Positions 36,601 to 45,800 of a stretch of 64,000 bases of DNA are shown one piece after another; the first letter of the stretch is position 1; the number at the start of each line of letters is the position of its first letter. Under the pieces are notes generated by a model. It saw only the letters and a program-made list of their open reading frames with translations, was not told where the DNA came from and ran no database searches. The translations under genes were made by a program, and so were the position numbers. Origin of the DNA: Raillietiella orientalis (Eukaryota); contig JAYWIR010000001.1 in NCBI GenBank assembly GCA_036172245.1, positions 7,378,001-7,442,000 on the forward strand, read 5' to 3'.

Positions 36601-39237
36601 CTCCTCCTCCTCCTCCTCTCTCTCTTCCTTTCGCCGCTCCCCATGGCCCCTCCCGCCTCTGCGCTCGGCTTCCCCCAGCTCGCCGTTGTCCAGGGAAACA
36701 CCGGGATGGAAGAGGGGAAGACGGGAGGAACGAGGACGGAAGAAAAGGGAAGGGAAAAGAGGGAGCCGAGGGTGCTTTCCAGTGACCTCTTCCCCCCCCG
36801 CTCTAACCCCTATTTTCCTCTGCCGGGAAGGGAAGGCTGGCTGCTGACTCGCGCGCACATCCCAGGGGCGCAAACGTGGGGCGTCTCCCCCTTCCCCCAC
36901 GCTGAGCCAAGGGTCGGAGCGAGGCCCTCCCGCGCGAATTCCAGGTCAGAATGCTTCCTTCTTCCCTCACTCTGCATCCCGGAGGACTCACGAATAAGAG
37001 GATCAGGGGCGATGAATCTTCCCTGCTCCCCCCCCCCTCAAGCGCTTTCCCTTCCTCCCCAGCACGTCACCTGAGGGTCCCTCGCGAGCCTTTCGTACGA
37101 AACTCCGCCCCCATACGGAAGGATGAATAAGAAGAGGGGGAGGGGCGAAACTTCCCACTCCCCTGTCCTCTCCCACCCTCCTTTTCCCTATCCTGGAGCG
37201 GATGTTCCTGAGAAGAACGACCGCGGCTCTTCCTTTCCTCCTCGATGCCCGCGGAAGGGCCGCAGAGAGCGCCAGGGAGGGGGAAGGGGGGAGTAGTGAT
37301 CGTCCCTAGTCCCCAAGCCCCATGAGAGCGGTCGTCATAGGGAAGAGGGCGTTCTCTGCGGGAGGTCGCCGGGAACTCTCAAAATGAAGGCGGCAGCTTC
37401 CCGGGGCAGATGCATAGGGGGAGGGCAAGGCGGGCTACCTTGTCTCTCTCCCTCCCCTCAGGGGAGAAACCCCCTTTCCCGTTGTCTCACCCGATCTCCC
37501 TCCGTGAAAGGCGGGGTTCGGGGAGGCGCTGTTGCTCTCTCCCCACGCTCGCACGCACCCGCGTCCTCACTGCGGGACAGCCGGGTCGGCTCCCTCCGAG
37601 CCCTCGTCCCCTCGAAAGGGTTAGGTGGGCAGCAACGGCAAGGGAGGTGACTGCTGCCCCCCATACTCTTTTTCATCTGGTCGCTTCCTCCGTGGGCGAG
37701 ATGGGACAGGGCAGGGCGGGTGGTCGCTCCATTTCCAGCCTCTCTTGCTCTTCTTCCTCGAGGGAGGAGGAGTTTCCCCTTCGGGGGATGTGTCCGTGAA
37801 GCGGGCGTGCTCCGGAGATACCAGGACGGACTCCGTCCCGGGCATCCCGCGACGAAGGAGGTCTCTCCGCTCCCGTCAGTAGAGAGCAGGGAAAGGGAGG
37901 AAGGGGCGGAAAGGAGGACCTGCGCCTTCACTCGGCCTTAGCCACCACCCGAAGGGGCAAAAAGGGGAAGGGAGAGGCCGGGATCTGCAGAGAACGATAG
38001 GGCGGGGGAGCCCACCCCTTGCTAAGGAACCTCCCTCCCCCTTCCAACGTTGACGCACATGCGAGCGAGGCGGGCGGGGGAAGAAGCCGCCACGAGGGAC
38101 CCCCCGTCTAGGGCCCGTGAGCGCGGGGGGAAGCAGCAGGCGTCTTCGTTGGGAGGTAGGTTCCTAGGGAGGAGCAAGAAGAGGAAACTGCTGTCGGCAC
38201 CGGGCTGCAGGAGCCCCCGGGAGCGATGAGAGGTGGGATGGGGGGGTGGGGTGCCGGACGGGACGAGGGAGCGACTAGCCCGCCTCTGGAGTGGCGCTGC
38301 TGCTTCTCCTCCTTTGCCCTGCCTGCACCCCTCCCCTTCGGTCTCCTTCCCCTTCCCGAACCGGCGGACGCGAGGGCAAGCGGTGGGAACGCGAGGGAGC
38401 AGCCAAGACCACGGCCACGAGCGCTCCTCTCGCACCCCTCTCCCACCCCTTCCTTTCTCGTCTTTTCGGAGAAGCGGTCGCGGGCGCACCCCTCGAGGGA
38501 GCGGGAGGAGGTCGGGAACAGGGGTGAGGACGGGCTCCGGGGTCCTTCCCGGGTTTCCGGGAGAGAGAGCGCGCGCGCTCGCCCGCGGGCAGGTCAGTCG
38601 ACTTTTCTCCCTCCTTTTCGCCCCCTGCACGCAGGTCCCAACGCCCAGCGGTGCTTCCCCTTTCGAAACGGGACGGACCGACGCCTACCCTCCCCCCCTG
38701 CTCCCCCACTGCTTCGCCCGCCGCGCGCCAGAAGAACACGCGTGCCGTCTCTCGCTCTGGGCAGCCTCCGAACGGAAGAGGGAGAGGGGTGGACCGACCC
38801 ACAGGAGGTTGCCTGCCCCACGCGCGATGGGGAGGAGCAGAAGGGGATGCGCCCGGGACGCGCACCTGGCTTTCCCCGTCGCCCGTCTCCTTCTCTTCCC
38901 GGCGCAGGGGGATGGGAAGGGGGATGGAGAGAAACGGAATTCCCTCCCCCTCCCCCTCCAAGCACACACACACACGCACGCACGCACTTCCCGCCCTGGG
39001 CCTTCCTTGCCCACTGCTGCTGCCCTCCCACGCAGCCCTCAGCTCCGGTTCACCCCTAGCAAACTCCGGCGTACGCAGAGGCCTCTCCCCCCGGCCTTCC
39101 ACCACACCGCCAACCGCTTGCAGCCACCACCACGACTTACCGCTGCTGTCGTCGGCGGCGCCGAGGCCGCTCGGGTCGTCGTCGGCGGCGTCCGCTTCCG
39201 GCAGCTTGCTGGGCCGCGACTGCTTCCTTCGGGACAT
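21253..39237 (-). CDS. salm: Spalt/SALL-family C2H2 zinc-finger transcription factor, spliced CDS join(39237-39141, 29236-25706, 24860-24727, 22863-22611, 22241-22096, 21923-21705, 21615-21253), ~1580 aa
   Basis: Translation shows diagnostic Spalt motifs: [66 protein letters not shown]...[52 protein letters not shown] and VHMGTHVW...RRGKRMS. All six introns are GT-AG with matching phases (1,1,0,1,0,0) and the total length of 4743 nt is divisible by 3. The symbol is family-level; salm versus salr orthology cannot be resolved. Confidence 0.93.
21705..21923 (-). CDS. salm: spalt coding exon 6 ([23 protein letters not shown]...TLNK)
   Basis: Acceptor gcttccctcag|GTC CAC ATG completes GNLK|VHMGTH. 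RRGKRMS resembles the RRGRRLS motif that follows the last finger in SALL proteins. The 3' boundary (AAG|GTACCC) is less certain; unspliced, the frame ends at the stop at 21561-21563. Confidence 0.85.
22096..22241 (-). CDS. salm: spalt coding exon 5 ([48 protein letters not shown])
   Basis: Acceptor caccccag|GT and donor AAG|GTAACG, 146 nt, phase 1 to 0. Encodes most of the last double-finger cluster. Confidence 0.94.
22611..22863 (-). CDS. salm: spalt coding exon 4 ([11 protein letters not shown]...LLGRPS)
   Basis: Acceptor gttgcctag|GGA AAC ATG completes the finger [14 protein letters not shown]. Donor G|GTAAGA, 253 nt, phase 0 to 1. Confidence 0.92.
24359..24430. repeat. (TGG)n/(GGA)n microsatellite cluster in spalt intron 3
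   Basis: Two adjacent (TGG)n-(GGA)n blocks. Confidence 0.75.
24727..24860 (-). CDS. salm: spalt coding exon 3 ([44 protein letters not shown])
   Basis: Strong polypyrimidine acceptor ttttttttcttatccttccag|, donor AAG|GTAGGA, 134 nt, phase 1 to 0. Encodes 1.5 C2H2 fingers. Confidence 0.95.
25706..29236 (-). CDS. salm: spalt coding exon 2 (3531 nt): C2HC finger, His/Gln tract, first double C2H2 cluster, triple C2H2 cluster, PLDLT motif
   Basis: Lies in ORF 25698..29654(-). Acceptor ttcttgtacttccag| at 29237/29236 and donor A|GTAAGT at 25706/25705. C2HC CLRC-x12-H-x3-C at 29207-29145, and two FTTKGNLK Sal boxes. Confidence 0.95.
29237..39140 (-). other. spalt intron 1 (~9.9 kb)
   Basis: Bounded by GTAAGT at 39140 and CCAG at 29240-29237, with no recognisable protein domain inside. 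Confidence 0.85.
39141..39237 (-). CDS. salm: spalt coding exon 1 ([32 protein letters not shown] + 1 nt), NuRD-recruitment-type N-terminal motif
   Basis: ATG at 39237 with A at -3. MSRRKQxxP is the known SALL/FOG1/BCL11 N-terminal motif. The exon ends at a perfect G|GTAAGT donor in phase 1, matching the exon 2 acceptor (G+AA=Glu). Confidence 0.9.
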
Positions 39238-39603
39238 CGTCGCCGTCTCTCCGTGGGCATGGAAGGGGAGGGGGAAGGGGGGAGGGACGGAGAGGGAGGA
39301 GGAGAGTCGGGCGTGCGGGGAGGCCTCGCGCGCGAGGGCGTGGGGCGGGTGGGTCCCGGGGTGGTGGCTGCTGCAGTTGCCGCGCGCCCGGAGCAGGCGA
39401 AGGGGACAGCGGCGCTCGGGAGGGGGAGGGAAGGGTGAGGAGGGAGAGGAACGAGGGAGGGGAGGGGGTCTCGGAGGCGCACCGCAGGGGCGGGAAGGGG
39501 AGGGAGGGCAGGGGGCAGACCGTGGAGGGGCGAGTGAGCAAGAGAGCAAACGGCCGCCACCGGGGCCGGTGGCCGGAGGGGCGGTGGAGGAGGGGGCCGC
39601 GGG

Positions 39604-39635
39604 GTGGTGGTGGTGGTGGTGGTGGTGGTGGTGGT
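39604..39635. repeat. (TGG)n microsatellite
   Basis: About 10 consecutive TGG units. Confidence 0.9.
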
Positions 39636-39750
39636 GGGGGTGGCGCGCCGCTCAGCGCTCGGCGGCACCCGTACGCCGACCGCACATCGCCGCGTGTCCG
39701 TGCCTCTCCGGCCGCCTCGCGTCTAATATGGGCTCCCCGCACGGCGGCAG

Positions 39751-39809
39751 AGGCGGCGGCGGCAGCGGCAGCAGCGGCGGCAGCGGGCGATGCGCGCGCG
39801 GGCACGGCA

Positions 39810-39844
<35 letters not shown>

Positions 39845-39871
39845 CGTCTCCGCGCGGCGGCGGCGGCGGCG
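39751..39871. repeat. (GGC/GCC)n trinucleotide arrays in alternating orientation
   Basis: GGC-rich 39751-39783, about 11 GCC units at 39810-39843, then GGC units again at 39855-39871. Confidence 0.85.
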
Positions 39872-42800
39872 CTGCGATCGAGGCGCGGGCGCCCGCTTCC
39901 CCCATTGGCCGAGGCGCGCGCTACCCGCGGTCTGGCGGGCCTGCCGAGCGGGCCTGCCTGGCTTCGGAGAGCGTCCCCGGAGCAACTCGCGTCCTCATTT
40001 GCTGCGTGCAGACTGACGCCGGCGGCCTTTGCCATTCGCGGAGAGGAGGCGCGCGTTCCTCCCAGGTGGAAATTGGGCAGTGGCCGCCTCTGCCGCCCGC
40101 TTCCACCCGGGAGGAGGGCAGGGGAGGGGAAGGCGGTGGGGAGCGCTGAGGGACGCGCGCGCCGCTGCAGCCGCCTTGCGCTCAAGGAGTGCGCAGGCGC
40201 ACAGGGGGAGGGAAAGGAGGTTCCCCCCACCCCTTGTGCCCGTTTCCAGGAGTTGGCGCATACGAGGGAGAGGAGGAGGAGGAGGAGCGAAAGGAGGAAG
40301 AAGAAGAGGGAAGGAAGAGGAGGAACTGAGGAGGAGGAGAGATGGGGAAAGAGAGGAGGAAAGGCAAAAGTAGAAATAGAAGGGAGAGGAAGAGAGCTCG
40401 AGAGAGGTCTTCCCGGGTCACGTGCCGCTGCCCTCCCTTGTGCCTTGCGGACGAACCAGGAGCAGCGACGAGGGCCAGCGACGGGCACTTGCCCCTGCCG
40501 CCTGGGCCCCCCTCTGGCGGGCGGAGCTTCATGAACGGCGACGGGAGGGGGGAGGGAGGGCAGGAAGCGGTTTCGCGGAGGATTCCCCCCGGGGGATCGG
40601 GGGGAACGTGGACCGAAGAGATGAGAGGGCATCCCTACGAGTCAGTCCGCAGCTGCCGCGAGGAGCCGTCGCCGCGCGCGCACGTTGACCCCAGACCCGC
40701 GACCGCTGCGCTCTTCTTTCCTCAGCAGACCGCCACGCGCCCATCTCCTTGGCGACCGCTGGAGCACGGGAAGCGCGACGGACGGAACGGCCAGGAGCGA
40801 TGAGGGAGGGAGGTGGTGGAAAAAAGGGACAGGAGGGGACGCGGGGATGCGGCTGCTCCTCCCAGCTTCTTTCCCTTGGCTTGCTTGCGCGCGGTGGCCG
40901 GCGGCGCGCTCATAGGTGTCCAGAGAGCGCATCAGGAGAGAGCGACGCCCGAGGGCAGGCCCGTGTGCACGCCGCGCGCTTCTCGCGAGGCGGAGAAGGG
41001 GAAACAGGAAGGGCGGAGAGGACGAGCGTCTGGAGGAAGGGAAGAGGCGGCAAGGAGACAAGGAGGCAGGAGGGAGGAGTTCGTTGAAGGACGCACATCT
41101 TCCTCCAGGTACCACAAAGACTCTCCTGGAAGCATCCCCGAGTTCAACCAGGGATACGCGACCCTCTCTTGGGAGCGTCTGCAGGGATCTCCCGGGAAGA
41201 GACAGCGGAGGGAAAGAGGGAGGGGGAAGCGAAGAAGTGGCTGTGCTGCCCACGCAGCGAAAGGAGGGCGAGGACGGGTTCGCCTCCCCCGGATGCGACC
41301 GGGAGAGGGCCGGAGTAAAGCGTCCCTCACCCTTTCTCTCCTGTCCGGGAATGCCCCGCAACCCGGGTGCTCTCCGAGCAGCTCAGCCTCGGGCACGTGC
41401 ACGCTCTCCCGCGCCGCCTGCCCTACGGAAAGGGGCTGGTGTCGGCAGCATGGAGAAGGCTCTCCCGGGGAAAGAGGGGTAGGGACCGGGAGAAGCCTCC
41501 CTCTCCTTCCGCAGGAACGACTAACCCCTTCTCGCTCGCCCTGTTGCCAGGGCTCCACCACCAGCCCTTGCTCCGCGCTGCATCCCGACGAGCCTCCCCC
41601 CGCCGCTGCGTGTCTCCCCTTTCCCGCTGCGCAGAGAGCGGCAGCAGTCCTCGCTCCCTCGACCCCGCTGTTTCCCTCCGTCTCGGTCCCCTTCGCTGGC
41701 CGGCGAGGGATCCGGGAACGGGAAACGGAAGGAGTGTTCCTTCCCCAGGGAGTCGGCTGGCGAGAGGGGGCAGGAGAGGCGGGAGGGAAGAGGAGGAGGA
41801 GGGGACGGGATGCCGCACCTCCCGAGATCCCCTTCGTTCATTTTTGCTGCTGGGGCGGCTTCCCTCCGAAGCACCCAGGGAAAGGAGCGCCCTCCCCTTC
41901 CACCGCAGGGGAAGTGGGCGAGGATCGCGTCGCCGAGGCACGAGAGGGGGTTGTGGGGAAGTCCGGCAGAACGCCCGCGACGGAGAGAGCGTTTTTCCGG
42001 CGAGCGCCGCATCGCCCTCCCCTCCCCCCTTTTCCCCCCTCCCTTCCTCCCCCTGCTGTGCCGTCCCAGCTCGACTCGCCGGGCGCGCGCGCGTCCGCCG
42101 AGTCGAGCTGCTCCATCCTCGATGGGGAGGCGACGTGCGCGGCGGCGGCCGCCCGACGCGCACATTCGCGCGGGCACGGGCGCGCACGCGCGCCGCCAGG
42201 TGTCGGTCGGTACTGCAAAGCGAGCGGCACGTGCCGGAAGAAGCGGACGCGGCAGCAGAGGAGGAGGAGGAAGAAGAGAAAGTCGCTCCCTCCTCGTTCT
42301 CGGCTTCCTCCTCCCTCTTTTCCTGACCCTCTTCCTCCTCCCTCCTTTTTCTCCCCCCTCCCTCCTCCCTTCCAAATGGGAATTTCCTCTCTCTCTCTCT
42401 CTCTCCTCGGGGACGTCTCTTTCGGAGTTTCTGCAAAAATGGAATGGCGCGTTATTACGTCTCTATTCATGCGGCAGCCGCCTCTGTTTGGGGAAAGAGT
42501 TCGCGGCGCTCCCCAGGGCATCGCCAATTTCATTATGGATATCTCCCCCCGTCCCGTGGTGGGATGCGCGGAGCGGCGGAGGCTGTCACGTTGATGACGC
42601 GCGCAGCCTGCAGCAAAGGATTTAGCATGGCGCTAAATGATCTATTGCCGACGTAATGTTCCCGGAATCCGCTGCCGCCGCGCGGCGGTGCACCGGGAGT
42701 GCAAGAACCCCACGGGTGCCAAAGGTTAGCGGGTGACGACTCTCGAGGTTTTTCTTCCCGTTTTTCTTCTTCCCCCTCCTCCTTTTTTTTCCTTCTTCCT

Positions 42801-45800
42801 CTTTTGCCGCTTTCATCTCGGGTTCCCCTTCCTCGTTTTTTGGGAAGAGGTGCACTGATGTCGCGCTTTTTGCCTTTGACGATCTGGGATGCTGCTGCTT
42901 CTGCACCGTCCCCCCCCCCCCTACCCCAATCCCCTCTTTCCGCGCGTGCTGGACCCGTGCTCGCTGAAACGGGAAGCTTCGGGAGGGATGGGGAGGAAAG
43001 AGGGGGAGTTCCCATCGGCAGAGGAAGGAGGGGGACTGCCGACTGATACGATGGCGGGCTCATGGTGAGCCTTGACGAAGATGACCCTTAGATGATGCGG
43101 TAGGGGTTCAGGGATCTATCCCTATTCTGGGCACTCCCTCCCTCCCTGCCACCCTACAGCCCAGGCTTTGAGCGCCGCACCACCTTCGACTTCTCGCAAG
43201 TGCACAGACGACGGCTCTCCGGGGAATCTGAGGGAGGAGCATCGTCCCGATTTCGCCCGCGGCAGAGAGCAGGGACCGAGGGATTTCCTTCCTGTCCAGG
43301 ACGGGAGTTCACTTTATCCGAGCTCACTTATTCCCGCGACGCCGAACAAAGCCTTCCGGGAGGACTTAATGGGGACGAGTTGTTCTCTTTGTTGGAAACG
43401 AGTGGGAACAGCTGCGTCGCCAGGACGCCTCGCCAGGGGGAAACGTCGCGCGGTTCCGGGGTGAGCCGGGGCGCCCGCTGCGGCGGCCGGACGCGCGCGG
43501 CAGCCTGGAGGAGTCGGGGATTTCCATGACTCCGGAAGCGGAGAGAGCTGCGGGAAGGGGTGGGGGCAGCTGCTGCGAAGGCACCATGGAAGGTCCCCCC
43601 ACCTCGCCAGCTGCACCCCTTTGCCGTCTTGGGCTGACCGGGAGGAGATGGCCCGACCTCGCCAGCCGGCGGGGCGCACCTCCGAGGCTCCTCCAATGCA
43701 GGGATGACGCCATGGCTGACGTCATCGTCCCCCCAGAAGCAGCAGCATTCACCTGGAGCCCTCCCTGATCGTGTCCCTCACCCCTTCCCCCATTCCCCTT
43801 AGAACGAAAGGGCCCGCCGCCGCTCTGTGATCCGGCGGTCCCGTTGCCCCGCGTCCTGGAGGAAGCTCCGCGATAGATCGCTGAGCTCTCGAGCGGTCGA
43901 CTTCCAGGTTGCACAAGAAAAGCGCCCTCCTCCTTCTTGTCCCTTTAGCCGCTGACCTCACCACGCATCGCCCTCGCCTGAGCCTCGCGGTGCGGAAGGA
44001 GGAGGAGGAGGCGCGAGCAACTCCCAACACCGCTCCCCAGGATGGACGCCCTCTTTCCCTCCCCCTCACCAACGTCCGGGAAGACGCCCGCCTGCCTTTC
44101 GGAAGAGCAGCGCTGACGTGCCCCTGGGTGGAGCGCCCATCAATGAGCGCAGACACGTGGATCCCTTCCATCGAAGGAAATCTCCACCAGCCCTTCTGAT
44201 CCCCTGCCCTCGGGCCTTCTCTGAGGCTGCGACCAGTCGCCGCACGCTTGCGCGCCCGGAATGACGGGGTGCAGCTGGCGAACCTCCGGGTGGAATGGCA
44301 AGGAAAGTGGGGAGCAGAAGAGGAGAACATCAAGGGTTACCTCGCCCCCTCAATGGGAGGTCGCATCTCCTTCCTTCCTGGAGCGCTGTCTTCGGGATTG
44401 GCTCTCGTAGAGCGCGTCTCCTGGATGGACGCCGGCGCCAGGCGATAGGATGAGGGGGAAGAGGGGCACTGGGGCTGCTGCCCATCGCCCCCTCTGCTCC
44501 GGGTCCTCCGTAAAGGAGAAGTGCATCCTTCAGAAGGGAAGGACCAGTGGACGAGGGGCCTCCGGGTTGATTCCGGCGGAAGAAATGTAAGGAGACGCCC
44601 CCGCGCCATCCCAGAAGTGGTGGGAGCCCCTCCCTCCCGCAAGGGGAGAGCGGGTGAGGGAGGCTCCTCTCCCGGATCCCCGCTGTCGGAAGCGACCTCG
44701 GGAGCGTAAGGACAGTCTCCCAACTTCCCCCCGGGTGCTCCGAGGCTTCTTCCACACGAAGTGCAAGGGGGCAGGTCTTCTCGGTGCATCCGGGAACGAA
44801 GCCCGAGGGGACATTTTACCTTCCTTTCCTCGAAGGGGGGCGGACGGAGAGGCAGAGAGTTGGAAAAGGTGCAGAGAGTTGGGGGAAGAATTTTCTCCTT
44901 GACGTCACCGCCGTCGCGCGCGAGCTGCGCTGCGCTCCACCGGAAGCGGCGGCGTTTCCACTGTCGTGGTTCCGTTGGCGTAGCCGCTTTTCCCCGCTCG
45001 CGTTGGTGCTTCCCCCCTCCCCCTCCCCTCCTTCTGCCGTTCCCGTGCGTGCGGAGGAGTGAGGGGAGGGGAGGGGAGGGGAGGGGAGGAGGGAAGACTC
45101 GCGCGAGAGTCGCTTCCCTCTTTTTTTCGGCGTTCTTCCGAGACGACAGCCTCATCCCTGTCGATCATACTTCTCGAGTGCTCGGTTTTCCCACAGTTTC
45201 ATTGGTCAATTCCAGGGGACGCCGCTCGAACGTTACCATGGAAACTACGCATCGGCGTGCACATTTGATTTCCTTCTCCTGCAGCCAATCAGAAGCCTAC
45301 CCCGTAATGGACAAGTTAGCGAAAGAAGCATCCGTATTGTGGTCAGGGACTTGAAAAAGATCAAGCAGTGCATGCATGGGGGAAGGGAGGGTGGAGTGAA
45401 GAGGGAGCGGCGAGGGGGTAGGAAGGAAGAAGAGGAGAAAGGAAAAAAAAATAATCTCGGGGAGACTCTAGTTCCGGAGATCCCCTCCCCCGCTTTGCTT
45501 CTCCTCTCCTCGCGGAGAACCTGACAGCGCTCCGCGGAAACGGGAGAGCGGGAAGGAGAGGGCAAGGGAACGCCGAGGAAAGGGTAGGACGCGCCGGCCC
45601 ACCTGGGAGGAGCGGTCATCCAGGAGATGCACCTTTAAGGGGAGTCCGTCAACAAGACCGAGCGCTGCCGGGAGAGAGGAAGAGGGAGGGTAGAGGGGCG
45701 AAGTTTTTTTTTCCTGCCTCCCCGAAGGCTGCTCGAGGGAATCGCCGAGCTCCCACGCTGACGCTCTCCGTCCCTCAACCCCTTTCGCTCACTCAAGGGG

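Larger units (their letters stand above)
39238..40100 (-). promoter_or_regulatory. Probable spalt 5' UTR / proximal promoter, extremely GC-rich
   Basis: Directly upstream of the exon 1 ATG. Contains (TGG)n and (GCC)n arrays and a CCAAT box on the minus strand (attgg at 39904-39908). The TSS cannot be located from sequence. Confidence 0.55.

Noticed and set aside
38651..42594. Long plus-strand ORFs (627 aa and 593 aa) around the spalt promoter
   Set aside because: They translate microsatellites (poly-W, poly-R) and purine tracts in the most GC-rich region; not credible proteins.
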